Positions 27,983 through 37,631 of a DNA stretch of 64,000 bases are shown here, piece by piece. The DNA is taken from assembly GCA_903919145.1 (NCBI GenBank), contig CAIXGW010000016.1, positions 113,367-177,366 of the forward strand. The letters run 5' to 3'. Numbering within the stretch: the first letter of the stretch is position 1; every line of letters begins with the position of its first letter. A program made the position numbers and the translations under genes. The DNA comes from an uncultured Myxococcales bacterium (GTDB lineage: Bacteria; Myxococcota_A; UBA9042). The notes below the pieces were generated by a model that worked only from the letters and a program-made list of their open reading frames with translations, was not told the DNA's origin and did no database searches.

Positions 27983-28218
27983 GGTGACCTACTTTGGCGA
28001 AGAGAAGCGGGAGGCAGCCCAGGGAGGCATGGCTCGGTGAGGGAGACATCAACGGCAGATTGTAGCCCAACAATTCCGGGTCCGTCATCTGCGATCCGCC
28101 GTGGCCGCTGCGAGCGGTGATTTTCTGGCATGATCAGCAGTTGGCGGAGGAAGTTGGCAGAACGCCTGCGACCGTGAAACGCTAGCGACTGTAGGGCGAC
28201 CGCCCAAGAGAGGACCGT

Positions 28219-29238
28219 GTGCGCCAACTGAGCGATTTTCCCTTTGAGCCATGGCTACTAGAGGGGTTGCAGCGGGCCCAGCGCTTGGTGCTGATGACCC
28301 ACGTGGGGCCCGATGCCGATGGCCTGGGCGCGCAGCTGGCCTTTGGTCGCGCGGCGGAGCTGGCTGGCAAGCAAGTCAGCATTGTCAATGAGGATCCCTG
28401 CCCGGCGCGCTACAGCTGGATGGACCCGCAGCGGCGGATAGGCTGCTATGCCGATCAGGCGCACCTGCTTGAATGCGCTGATCTGGCTCTGATTTTTGAC
28501 GCCAACGAGGTAGAGAGGGCGCTGAGGCCGGCGCGGCGGGCCGTCGAGCTTGGCGTGCCGCTGTGGGTGATCGACCACCATCCGTGCAGCCCCGACCTGC
28601 AAGTCCAGGGCTTGATTGCGGTGGACTTCTCCAGCTCGGGCGAGCTGGTCTGGCAGCTGATCAAGGCGCTGGGCTGGCCGGTCGATGCCGAAGTAGCGGC
28701 GGCGGTGTACGCAGCTATCTCGTTTGACACCGGGTCCTTCCGCTTTGTGCGCAACCAGGCTCGCACCTTTGAAGTGGCGGCTGAGCTGCTGCGGACCGGC
28801 ATGAACGCCAACCCGATCCAAGAGGCGCTGTTTGCCAGCCGGCCGCGCGACGAATTGCTGATGCTGGGCAGGGTGATCCAGCAGGTGCGCTTTGCCGGCC
28901 AGGGGCGGATCGCCTGGGCGCTGCTGACCCGCGACGTCACCGCCGGCCTGGACGTGGCAGAGGATGCCCTGGGCGAAGTCATTCCGACGCTGATTGGCAT
29001 TGAAGGGGTGCTGATTGCCGCCATGGTCAAGCCCGGGCGCACCAGCGACGAGTGGAAGGTCTCTTTGCGCAGCAAGGCCGCGGTCAAGGTGGGCTATGTG
29101 ATGCGGGCGCTGGGCGGTGGCGGCCATGATCACGCGGCTGGGGCGACGCTGATGGGCGATCCGGCACCGCAACTGCAGGCGATTCTGACCGAACTGGAAC
29201 AAGCACTGCACGCTCAGGTGGATGGCAGCGTCGGCTGA
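28219..29238 (+). CDS. nrnA: DHH/DHHA1 phosphoesterase, oligoribonuclease/pAp phosphatase NrnA-like
   Basis: 339 aa; LVLMTHVGPDADGLGAQLAF, VIDHHP, and C-terminal DHHA1 (GGGHDHAAGATL). Confidence 0.8.
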   Translation: MRQLSDFPFEPWLLEGLQRAQRLVLMTHVGPDADGLGAQLAFGRAAELAGKQVSIVNEDPCPARYSWMDPQRRIGCYADQAHLLECADLALIFDANEVERALRPARRAVELGVPLWVIDHHPCSPDLQVQGLIAVDFSSSGELVWQLIKALGWPVDAEVAAAVYAAISFDTGSFRFVRNQARTFEVAAELLRTGMNANPIQEALFASRPRDELLMLGRVIQQVRFAGQGRIAWALLTRDVTAGLDVAEDALGEVIPTLIGIEGVLIAAMVKPGRTSDEWKVSLRSKAAVKVGYVMRALGGGGHDHAAGATLMGDPAPQLQAILTELEQALHAQVDGSVG

Positions 29239-29259
29239 GCGAGCCAGCAAGAGGAACCC

Positions 29260-29484
29260 TTGGCCAAGCAGCAGCGCAATCGCAAAGATCCTTTGGTTTG
29301 CCTGTGCAATCAGGTGCCGGAGTCGGCCATCGTGGCTGCGATGGACAGTGGCGCGACCTCCTTGGCGCAGCTGTTTGACCAGACCTTTGCCGGCTGCGGA
29401 CCGTGCGGCGGGTCTTGCCAGCCCCAGCTGATTGCCATGCTTGAGGAATATCGGCGCCGGGTCCAGCGCGGCGGGGAGCCCTAG
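29260..29484 (+). CDS. bfd: BFD-like [2Fe-2S]-binding protein (bacterioferritin-associated ferredoxin family)
   Basis: 74 aa; CLCNQVPESAIVAAMDSGATSLAQLFDQTFAGCGPCGGSC matches the Bfd C-x-C...C-x2-C cluster-binding pattern. Confidence 0.8.
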   Translation: MAKQQRNRKDPLVCLCNQVPESAIVAAMDSGATSLAQLFDQTFAGCGPCGGSCQPQLIAMLEEYRRRVQRGGEP

Positions 29485-31092
29485 ATGGCCGCCGACGACC
29501 GCACCTGGCTGGCGCGCCTGGCGCCGGTGGTGGCCCAGCTGTCTACCCTGGCGTGGGCGGGGGCGCGCAACTCAGCTCGCGGGCAGCAGTTATTTCGAGA
29601 CGGTGCCGTTGGCCGCCTCAGCGGGCGCGACAGCGGGCTGCAGGTGCTGGTGGTCAGCGGCCAAGACAGCGACGACTCCGGCGGCGAAGTGGTGATGCTG
29701 GCGCTCGCCGAAGGCTTGACCGGCCAGAGCGCCCTGACCAGCCAGTGTACTTGCGGGGCGCCGCGCTGTGCCCATGCGGTGGCTGCCGTGCTGGAGGTAC
29801 AGCGGCGCGGCAAGGCGGTGGTAGAGAGCCAGCGGACCCAAGACTCGGTGATGGGGGCTCTGCGCCAACGCCTGCAAGTGCGCTCCGCGGCGACCGAAGA
29901 CCGGGCCTCGCTGCTGGATCTCCAGCGGCTGCCGCTGGATGCCGCGGTCGACATGGTGGCCTTGACCTGGCGGCAGTCGCTGCGGCCGGGCGCGCCAGAA
30001 GTCCTTGATCTGGAGAAGATGACCGAGCGCGTGGTGGAGGCCGTGGTCGCTCAGCCCGAGCAGGCGCGCCAGTGGGCCCTGCGGCTGCTGACGGCCCTGG
30101 GGGCGCGCAAAGTGGTGTTTACGCCCCTGCCTGAAGCGGCGGAGGCGGCGGTGCTGCGCTTGGCGGGCGTCTTTGACTACGCCGACATCAACCAAGAGAT
30201 TCAAACGGTTCTGGTCGATCAGGCCCTGGATGGCCACCCGCAGGTCGCGCCACACGTGGGCCACACGCTGGTGCGGCTGGCGAGCCGGGCAGCTGACCCG
30301 CGCCAGGCGCTGATCGCTCAGTTGCTGCAGTGGCGTGCCAAACAACCCCATGATCTGTGGAGAGAATCTGGGCAGGTCAGCGGGCGCGACTTGCTGTTCT
30401 CTGGCCTTGTGGATCAATGCCTGGCCCAGGGCGACGTGGCCTCTGCCCAAGAACTGGCCATGGCGTGGCCGCCCCTGCGCTCTGCCCTGACGGCCCTGGC
30501 GCAAGAGCTGGCGGCGGCGGGGCAATTCGAGGCGCTCATCCGCCTGCTTGGCTGGTACGATCCGCGCGGGGGGCTGTGGCAAGCCGGCTCAGAGGCTGGC
30601 GTTTCGGCTGCCATGGCGGCGGGACTGCCGGCGGTGGCGGCGCGCCTGGCGCTGTGGGCGTTTGAGCGCCAGCCGGTGCGCAGCTGGCTGCAGTGGCTGC
30701 ACCGGACCTGCCCGCCGGCAGAGTGGCAGCAGCGGCGCTCGGCGTTGATCGACAAGGCCTTGACCTGGGAAGACCCAGAGTGGCTGCCCGCCTGCCTGCA
30801 GGACCAGCCCGACGCGGCGGCGGCGCTGCTGCAGGCGGTCACACTGGCGCCGCTGCGAGACAAGTGCGTGCGCGGCTGCCTAGAAAGGCTAGAGAAGATC
30901 GATCCGCTGCGCGCGCTGATGGGCCGAGAAGTGCGGATTCGCGGCTTGCTGGGGGCTGGGGCCGTGCCGCCCAAGGTGCTGCGCTTGGAATTGTTGGCGC
31001 TGATGGACGTGGCGGATCGGCTGCAGGAGCCGGGCTTGGCCAAGGACTACAGCAAGCTGTTGGTGCGCGAGCTGGGCGATCGGGCGGCCTAG
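29485..31092 (+). CDS. SWIM zinc-finger domain protein (otherwise uncharacterised, alpha-helical)
   Basis: 535 aa; CTCGAPRCAHAVAAVLEV fits the SWIM CxCxnCxH signature at ~aa 95. The remainder is a Leu/Ala-rich helical repeat region. Confidence 0.5.
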   Translation: MAADDRTWLARLAPVVAQLSTLAWAGARNSARGQQLFRDGAVGRLSGRDSGLQVLVVSGQDSDDSGGEVVMLALAEGLTGQSALTSQCTCGAPRCAHAVAAVLEVQRRGKAVVESQRTQDSVMGALRQRLQVRSAATEDRASLLDLQRLPLDAAVDMVALTWRQSLRPGAPEVLDLEKMTERVVEAVVAQPEQARQWALRLLTALGARKVVFTPLPEAAEAAVLRLAGVFDYADINQEIQTVLVDQALDGHPQVAPHVGHTLVRLASRAADPRQALIAQLLQWRAKQPHDLWRESGQVSGRDLLFSGLVDQCLAQGDVASAQELAMAWPPLRSALTALAQELAAAGQFEALIRLLGWYDPRGGLWQAGSEAGVSAAMAAGLPAVAARLALWAFERQPVRSWLQWLHRTCPPAEWQQRRSALIDKALTWEDPEWLPACLQDQPDAAAALLQAVTLAPLRDKCVRGCLERLEKIDPLRALMGREVRIRGLLGAGAVPPKVLRLELLALMDVADRLQEPGLAKDYSKLLVRELGDRAA

Positions 31093-31146
31093 GGCCCACA
31101 GGCCTGACCCAATTTGCCCGTGGGGCTGGCTTGGATGGCAGCCGCC

Positions 31147-31950
31147 CTACTTGGGCGAGGTGCCGCTGTCCAGCTTCTTGTCCATCTTGTCTAGCTTGTC
31201 TTCGATGTTCTCTAGCTTTTTCAGCTCGCGGCCACTGACCCAGCCCATGGTCAAGCTGAAGATGACAAAGCGCTGCCTGCTGGACTCGCTGGACTGCTTG
31301 TCGCTCAAGGTCACCAGCGTCTGGCTGATGTCGACCGATGGCATGAAATGAAAGGTGCGACCGCGCAGCTGCACGCCGGCGCTGCCGCCGACCGACAGGA
31401 AGTTGCCGCTGATGCCGCTGAGGTCCTTGTCGGTTGAGTTCAGGCTTGAGTAGCCGACGTAGGGCGCAAGGTTCAGGGCTAAGGTGTCGTTGAGGTCATA
31501 GGTGGCGATCACTGGCAGGGTGGCAGAGATGCCTTCAATGGGGCCCAAGGCCCGAAAGCCCAGCGCGGGAGCCAGCGCCATGTGCAGGTCGCCGCTGCGC
31601 AAGAACCGATACTTGGCATCGATTTCTAGCAGGACGCTGCCCAGGGCCGCTCTGCCGCCCACTTCCAGGTCGTCGGTGACGCCGATGTGGTAGGCGAATT
31701 CAGGGATCACGTTGGGGATGGTGATCGAGGGCTCTTTGGTGGTGGTCTTGGTGCCATTGACGGTGGTGGTGGTCTCGGCGCCGCCGATCTGAAAAGCGCT
31801 GAAGGTGAGGTTCATGTCGCCCTCGCCCTTTTCCAGCGTGCGGGCGGTGCGGTAGACGCCAGAGGCGAGGCAGCCGGGCAGCCCAAGGCAGGCCAGCAGG
31901 GCAGCAGCGAGCAGCGCAGAGCGGTGGCCAAGGGGCGGGTGGGCGAAAAT
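31147..31950 (-). CDS. hypothetical lipoprotein with C-terminal coiled coil
   Basis: Start set at ATG 31950 (MLPIFAHPPLGHRSALLAAALLACLGLPGCLASG, lipobox), preceded by a perfect AGGAGG Shine-Dalgarno at 31954-31959. C-terminal KKLENIEDKLDKMDKKLD coiled coil. The longer ORF-track start (32280) is unsupported. Confidence 0.6.
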   Translation of the reverse strand: MFAHPPLGHRSALLAAALLACLGLPGCLASGVYRTARTLEKGEGDMNLTFSAFQIGGAETTTTVNGTKTTTKEPSITIPNVIPEFAYHIGVTDDLEVGGRAALGSVLLEIDAKYRFLRSGDLHMALAPALGFRALGPIEGISATLPVIATYDLNDTLALNLAPYVGYSSLNSTDKDLSGISGNFLSVGGSAGVQLRGRTFHFMPSVDISQTLVTLSDKQSSESSRQRFVIFSLTMGWVSGRELKKLENIEDKLDKMDKKLDSGTSPK

Positions 31951-32176
31951 CGGCAGCATGGGGACCTCCTGACCGGGCACGGGCCGATGGGCGCTGGGCC
32001 ACAGCCACTGGCGTGGGCGCCCAATCTGCACAGACGCCTCACTATCGCGCCAAACCGGCAGTGCCACAAGTCGCCAAGCTACGGCGCGCGACAGGTCCTC
32101 CATCGACACGGAAGGCGACCGCTGCGACAATCGCCGCATGCGCGGTCCCCGTCGACCGCTCTTGCGCAAGGGGAGC

Positions 32177-33382
32177 ATGAAAGCGTTGCAGGGCCTGAAG
32201 ATCCTCGACCTGACAAGCCTGTGGCCCGGACCGCTGGCCACCCTGCTGCTGGCCGATCTGGGCGCTGAGGTGCTGCGCATCGAGCCCCCCGACCGCCCGG
32301 ATTTGCTGCGCTATTTGGCCCCCCTAGACCAGCACGGCCAAGGAGCAGCCTGGTCTTTTGCCGGCCGCGGCAAGCGAAGCCTGGCCTTGAATCTCAAGAG
32401 CGCCCAAGGCCGCGAGATCCTGCTGCAGCTGATCGACAGCTATGACATCGTGGTGGAGCAGTTTCGCCCCGGTGTCTTGGACCGCCTTGGCGTGGGCTAC
32501 CAAGCCCTGGCCAAGCGGCAGCCGCGGCTGATCTGGTGCTCTATCACTGGTTTTGGCCAGGACGGGCCGTGGCGCGATCGCCCTGGGCATGACATCAACT
32601 ACATGGCGGCAAGCGGCTTGGCCTACCTGATGGGTGGCGAGCGCGGCGGTCCCACGCCGTGGACGGCGCTGCCCGGCGATGTAGCCGGCGGAACTTGGCC
32701 GGCCGTTGTGGGAATTTTGGCAGCCGTTATCCAGCGCGCCGCCAGCGGCCGCGGCCAGCAGATCGACATTGCCATGGGCGAAGGCGCGCTGTTTCTCAAC
32801 GCCCTGGCCGCCAGCGGCGTGCTGGCCGGCGGCGAAGACCCGCAGCCGGGCACGGGAGACCTCGGCGGCGGCTCGGCTTTTGACTACTATCACACCCAAG
32901 ACGGCCGCTGGCTGGCCATGGCGGCGCTGGAACCCAAGTTCTGGGAGGGGTTCTGCCAGGCGGTGGGCCGACCGGACTTGCTGCACGCGCCAGCGAGCAC
33001 GGCGGAAGAGACCGCTGCACTCAAGCGTGAAATCCAGGCGGAGCTGGCGGCCAAGCCGTTTGACCACTGGGTAGAGGTCTTTGAGCGCATTCCAGTCTGC
33101 GTGGAGCCGGTGCGCTCTACCGCAGAGGCGCTGCAATTGCCGCAATTTGTCCATCGAAACAGCGTCATCCAGGTCGCTCATCCGGCAGGCGGCCAAGTGG
33201 CGCAGCTGGCCAGCCCAGTGCGCTTGTCTGACAGCCCGGCCGCTCCGGCCATGGCGGGGGTCGCTCCGGGCTGGCACACCCGCCAGGTGCTGGCTGAGCT
33301 GGGGCTGGCTGCAGCGCGGGTAGACGAGCTTTGCGCTAGTGGCGCGGTCATGGACGGCCAGGCGCAAGGAGAAATCCTATGA
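32177..33382 (+). CDS. CoA-transferase family III (CaiB/BaiF) protein
   Basis: MKALQGLKILDLTSLWPGPLATLLLADLGAEVLRIEPP is the classic family III CoA-transferase N-terminus, and the remainder is alignable in architecture. Confidence 0.85.
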   Translation: MKALQGLKILDLTSLWPGPLATLLLADLGAEVLRIEPPDRPDLLRYLAPLDQHGQGAAWSFAGRGKRSLALNLKSAQGREILLQLIDSYDIVVEQFRPGVLDRLGVGYQALAKRQPRLIWCSITGFGQDGPWRDRPGHDINYMAASGLAYLMGGERGGPTPWTALPGDVAGGTWPAVVGILAAVIQRAASGRGQQIDIAMGEGALFLNALAASGVLAGGEDPQPGTGDLGGGSAFDYYHTQDGRWLAMAALEPKFWEGFCQAVGRPDLLHAPASTAEETAALKREIQAELAAKPFDHWVEVFERIPVCVEPVRSTAEALQLPQFVHRNSVIQVAHPAGGQVAQLASPVRLSDSPAAPAMAGVAPGWHTRQVLAELGLAAARVDELCASGAVMDGQAQGEIL

Positions 33383-34077
33383 CTACCAAGGTTTTTGTTG
33401 CCGGAGCCACGGGTTTTGTTGGCAAGGCGCTGGTGGCGGAAGCCTGCCGCCAGGGCGCCCAGGTGTGGGCGCATGTCCGGCCCGACTCTCCACAACTGCA
33501 GAACTGGCAAGGGTATTTTTCCGGGATCGGTGCCGAGGTCAGCACGGCTGCGTGGCAACCAGAGGCCATCGCCGCCGAGCTGCGGCGGACCGCCCCCCAA
33601 TGGGTGTTTTGCTGCATTGGCACCACCGCCAAGCGCATGGGGCGCGACGGAAAGGCGGCCAACAGCTATGAAACCGTGGACTATGGCTTGACCAAGATGC
33701 TGGCTGACGCCGTCGGCCAGGTGGGCGGAGTAGAGCGGCTGGTCTACTTGTCTTCCCTCGGCGCCGGTCCCTCGGCTGCCGGTGCCTATTTGCAGTGGCG
33801 ACACCGCGCTGAGCAAGCCGTGCAAGCCTGCGGCGTGGCCTGGACCATTGCCCGGCCGTCTTTCATCACCGGCCAGCGCGATGTGAGCCGACCTGCCGAG
33901 CACTCCGCGTCGCTGGTGGCCGATGGCTTGCTGAACGCCTTGGGTTTTTTGGGCGCCACTACTACCCGCCAGCGCTACCGCTCGACCGATGACACCACCC
34001 TGGCCCGGGCCCTGTGGCGGCTCGCCAACGACCCTGGCGCTGCCGGCAAGGTGGTTTTGTCTGAAGATTTGCACTGA
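33379..34077 (+). CDS. NAD(P)H-binding oxidoreductase (atypical SDR/NmrA-like)
   Basis: MTTKVFVAGATGFVGKALVAE Rossmann motif. ATGA overlap with the upstream CoA-transferase gene suggests co-translation. Confidence 0.75.
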   Translation: MTTKVFVAGATGFVGKALVAEACRQGAQVWAHVRPDSPQLQNWQGYFSGIGAEVSTAAWQPEAIAAELRRTAPQWVFCCIGTTAKRMGRDGKAANSYETVDYGLTKMLADAVGQVGGVERLVYLSSLGAGPSAAGAYLQWRHRAEQAVQACGVAWTIARPSFITGQRDVSRPAEHSASLVADGLLNALGFLGATTTRQRYRSTDDTTLARALWRLANDPGAAGKVVLSEDLH

Positions 34078-34217
34078 TTGTGTGTAGGCCGATCAAGGCC
34101 GAGCCTCCGCCGTGGAGAAAGGGGCCGGCCATGTGCTAGCCTGCCGGGCAGGTCGCGATCGGCCAGGCTTCACAGCCGCCAGGGCGACCCCTGCGACCGA
34201 ATTGGCCACAAGGGGAC

Positions 34218-35168
34218 ATGGAAATGCACACACCGTTCAATTGGCGCACATGGGCTGGAGCGCTGGCGGCAGTTGGCGCGCTGGCGGCCTGCCAGGAGGC
34301 CTCTGACGGCACCTTGGTAGGGTCCAGCGAAGCGGACTCGATCGGCGCCGACATGGCGATGGGCAAAGACGGCGCGGCGGCGACTGGTGACGCCGATGGT
34401 GGCGCTTTGTCCGTTGATTCTGCTGCAGAAATCGCCGCAGCCAGCGACACGGCCAGCGACGTGCCGCCTGATTCAGCCCCAACCGACACAGCCCCCGTCG
34501 ACACTGCGCCGGCCGACAGTGCGCCGACGGACTCCGCCCCGACGGACAGTTCCCCAGCCGACACCGCCCCAGCCGACACCGCCAAGCCCGACGCGGCCGA
34601 TACCGATCAGGATCCCTGCGCCGCCAAGCAGGCCCAGTTTGACGCGGTCAAGGTCAAGGCGCTGGCTTGCTCGACTCCCTTTGAGTGCTACAAGCCGGCC
34701 CCGGCGGACGGCAAGTGCCAGACCTGCCAGCGACACTTCAACGGCAACTCTGCGGATTCGCAAAACCTGATTGACATGGCTGCCATGCTCAAGGGCAACG
34801 GCTGCGGCGCAACCTGCGGCACTGGCTGCTACAACATGGCCACCCACGTGGGCGTATGCGGCGGCGGGCAATGTGCGACCAAGGAACTGACCTGCAAAGA
34901 GCTCGACGCTGCGGCGGCGGCGGCTCTAGCGGAAGGCGCCAAGTGCTCCAGCGATGCCGACTGCACCTTCAAGGTCTCTAACACCCTTGCGTGCGGCTGC
35001 CCGACGTTTGTCAACGTCAAGACCATGGGGCCGGCCAAGCCGCTGTTCAACTACATGAAGATGCTGGTTCTTGCCTATAAGGCTAAGCTCTGCACTGCGG
35101 AGACCAGCTGTGCCTGCCCGGATCCCAACACCGCCAAGTGCGTGGCTGGCATGTGCATCGCCCAGTAG
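34218..35168 (+). CDS. secreted Cys-rich lipoprotein with (D-T/S-A-P) tandem repeats
   Basis: Signal/lipobox (LAAVGALAACQEA). Repeats DTAPVDTAPADSAPTDSAPTDSSPADTAPADTAKPD. C-terminal domain with ~20 Cys. Confidence 0.55.
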   Translation: MEMHTPFNWRTWAGALAAVGALAACQEASDGTLVGSSEADSIGADMAMGKDGAAATGDADGGALSVDSAAEIAAASDTASDVPPDSAPTDTAPVDTAPADSAPTDSAPTDSSPADTAPADTAKPDAADTDQDPCAAKQAQFDAVKVKALACSTPFECYKPAPADGKCQTCQRHFNGNSADSQNLIDMAAMLKGNGCGATCGTGCYNMATHVGVCGGGQCATKELTCKELDAAAAAALAEGAKCSSDADCTFKVSNTLACGCPTFVNVKTMGPAKPLFNYMKMLVLAYKAKLCTAETSCACPDPNTAKCVAGMCIAQ

Positions 35169-35218
35169 TCGCCCTGGGAACGTCAGTTCCTGCAGCAGTT
35201 TTGCGGTGTTGCGGCCGA

Positions 35219-36592
35219 CTACGTCTCCGGATCCTCTTCCTTGCCGTCTAGGCGCAGCGGCCCGCCGTGCATGGGCATGGTGGTGCGGAACGCGCGCTTG
35301 GTGGGGCCCGGTGCCTGGGTCTTTGAGAAATCCTCTGGCATTTCAGGCGAGGGCTGGGCAGGGTCCAGGGCGATGGCGCCGCTCAAGCTGCGTACGGCGG
35401 TGGGGGCGTGGGGCAGAAAGCCGGTCTGCGGCGCTGGGGCCTCCGGCTTGGTCTGCGAGGTCCGACTGCGCGCTGGCGCTATCTTTGGCATGGCGGCATC
35501 GCCCGCTGGGCCGGTGTGGCGGTTGCGGCTCGGCGGCGGCTTGCCGTCCAAGCGAAAGACCTGCATCTCCATGGATGTCTTGGACAGGTCTGCCGCGACA
35601 GCGATCAGGGCCTCTCTCATCGCCTGCGAGTCGGCAAAGCGGTCCGCCTTGTCTTTGGCCAGGGCCTTGACCACCAGGTCGACAAACCCCTGGCTCAACC
35701 GCGTCTTGGCGGCGCGCCACAGATCGGGCAGCGGCCGCGACAGGTGGGCCTGCATCAGCTTGACCGGGTTGAGGTCGGCAAACGGCACATCTCCCGAGAC
35801 GCAGCGGTACAGGATAATACCTAGAGAATACAAGTCACTGCGTCCGTCAAGCTCCAGCCCCTGGCACTGTTCGGGGCTCATGTACGCTGGGGTTCCCAAG
35901 GCCATGCCGGTGGTCGTCAGGGTTGAGCCGCTGGTCTGGGCGATGCCAAAATCCAGCACCTTGACAATGGCTTCGCCGGCCACTTCGGCGAGCACAATGT
36001 TGGCGGGCTTCAGGTCGCGGTGTACCAAGCGGCGCTGATGGGCCTCTTGCAGAGAGCGCAGCACCGGAACGGCAAAATCGATGCACTCCTGCTCTGTCAG
36101 CACCCCGGGCTGGCTGCGGGCGAGCAGATCGGTAGCGCCGGCCTGGCCGGACCACCGCTGCTCAAGCCGCTCTTCCAGCGACTCGCCGCGCAGCAGCTCC
36201 ATGGCCAGCCAAAAGGAGCCGCCTTCGGTCTGGCCAACGTCAAACACCCGGATTGTATTGGGGTGTGCCAGCCCGGCCGTGACGCGGGCCTCTCGGTAGA
36301 AGCGGCGCACCGCCTGCTCATCCGGGCCCGGCCACGCGGCCTTGAGGACCTTGATGGCCACCTCTTGGTCGGTGACGACGTGGCGAGCCGTAAACACCGT
36401 GGAGTAGCCGCCCTCTCCGAGCACTCTGACAATGCGGTAGCGGTCGCCCACCGTGTCGCCCGGGCGGACTTGAGCCGTTGGCACGTACTTGCGCAGGATG
36501 ACGGTGGTGGTTCTGTCTTCTGGGCATAGGGTTACGGCAGTGCGCAACCCGCACTCCGGACACATGCGCAAGGAAGTGTCAAACAAGTTCAT
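35219..36592 (-). CDS. Ser/Thr protein kinase with N-terminal zinc ribbon
   Basis: MNLFDTSLRMCPECGLRTAVTLCPEDRTT zinc ribbon, then Hanks kinase (VAIKVLK, HRDLKPANIVL, DFGIAQ, GTPAYMSPEQ) and a Pro-rich C-terminal region. Confidence 0.9.
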   Translation of the reverse strand: MNLFDTSLRMCPECGLRTAVTLCPEDRTTTVILRKYVPTAQVRPGDTVGDRYRIVRVLGEGGYSTVFTARHVVTDQEVAIKVLKAAWPGPDEQAVRRFYREARVTAGLAHPNTIRVFDVGQTEGGSFWLAMELLRGESLEERLEQRWSGQAGATDLLARSQPGVLTEQECIDFAVPVLRSLQEAHQRRLVHRDLKPANIVLAEVAGEAIVKVLDFGIAQTSGSTLTTTGMALGTPAYMSPEQCQGLELDGRSDLYSLGIILYRCVSGDVPFADLNPVKLMQAHLSRPLPDLWRAAKTRLSQGFVDLVVKALAKDKADRFADSQAMREALIAVAADLSKTSMEMQVFRLDGKPPPSRNRHTGPAGDAAMPKIAPARSRTSQTKPEAPAPQTGFLPHAPTAVRSLSGAIALDPAQPSPEMPEDFSKTQAPGPTKRAFRTTMPMHGGPLRLDGKEEDPET

Positions 36593-36752
36593 GCTGCAGG
36601 AATGCGGCAGACCCAAACCGCGCCGCTGACCTTGCCACGATGCAGGGTTATGCGCAACCGCCGCAGGGTTTTGCCGGTGGCGCCCTTGCAAAAACACCCG
36701 GAGGATGCTGGACTAGATGCCCCGCCGGCCGCCAGTCGGCCATAGTCAGGTC

Positions 36753-37595
36753 ATGCCGTCTCCAGAACATCCCGACGTTTCCCGTGGCTACATCATCCCG
36801 ATCGGCGGCGCCGAAGACAAGATCGCCGACCGCGTGATTTTGCGACGTTTTGTCGATTTGTGCGGCGGGTCCAAGGCGTCGATTGCCATCCTGCCCACGG
36901 CCTCTGAGCTGGGCTCGACCGGCAGCCGCTACGAAGAGGTCTTTCGCGACATCGGCGTAGCCAGCGCCCGCGAGCTGCCGTACCAGTCGCGCCAGCAAGC
37001 CGATCGCGCCGATTGGATGGAATTCCTGATGCAGGCCACCGGCGTGTTCATGACCGGCGGCAATCAGCTGCGCCTATCGACCATCCTGGGGGGAACCGCG
37101 GTCGCCCAAGCGCTGCGGCGGCGCAATGCCCTTGGCGTGCACATCGCCGGCACTTCGGCGGGCGCAGCCTTCTTGAGCGAGCACATGATCGCCGGTGGCA
37201 AGGGCGGCTCGACCCCGCGCGGCGGCCAGGTGACGCTGGCTCCCGGCCTCGGCTTGACCAACCGCATCATTGTGGACCAGCACTTCCGTCAGCGCGACCG
37301 GTTGGGTCGGGTGTTGGCCGCCGTGGCCTACAACCCCTTCGCCATTGGCATGGGCTTTGACGAGAACACCGCCGGGTTCATTGGCCCCGACAATGTCATG
37401 GAAATCGCCGGTGAAGGCGGGATCACCATCATCGACGTGAGCCAGTTGCTGTACTCGGGCATGGCCACGGCTGAGCCCAACCAGCCGGTCAACCTGATTG
37501 GCGTGCGGCTGCACATTCTGACTCCGGGGTCGCGCTACGACCTGGAGAACCGGGTGGCCACGCCGCCGCCGCCGCGGGTTGTTGAAGAGCCCTGA
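36753..37595 (+). CDS. cphB: cyanophycinase (peptidase S51)
   Basis: IIPIGGAEDK...SIAILPTASE...GVFMTGGNQLRL...GVHIAGTSAGAAFLSEHMIAGG shows the S51 catalytic Ser context GTSAGA. A weak sigma-54-like element (cGGtggcgcccTTGCA, 36675-36690) lies upstream. Confidence 0.85.
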   Translation: MPSPEHPDVSRGYIIPIGGAEDKIADRVILRRFVDLCGGSKASIAILPTASELGSTGSRYEEVFRDIGVASARELPYQSRQQADRADWMEFLMQATGVFMTGGNQLRLSTILGGTAVAQALRRRNALGVHIAGTSAGAAFLSEHMIAGGKGGSTPRGGQVTLAPGLGLTNRIIVDQHFRQRDRLGRVLAAVAYNPFAIGMGFDENTAGFIGPDNVMEIAGEGGITIIDVSQLLYSGMATAEPNQPVNLIGVRLHILTPGSRYDLENRVATPPPPRVVEEP

Positions 37596-37631
37596 CGCTA
37601 CAAGATTTCTCGGAAGACCGGGGAGGGCGCC

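Noticed and set aside
28133-28153. TGGCAT...TTGGC element upstream of nrnA, as a second sigma-54 promoter
   Set aside because: The GG/GC spacing is wrong (10 or 17 rather than 12).
28258-33367. Antisense ORFs 28258-29250(-), 29590-30582(-), 32324-33367(-) and 33178-34074(-)
   Set aside because: Each lies opposite a gene with a clear family signature (nrnA DHH motifs, SWIM protein, CoA-transferase, SDR Rossmann). Their translations are Arg/Ala/Gly/Pro-rich.
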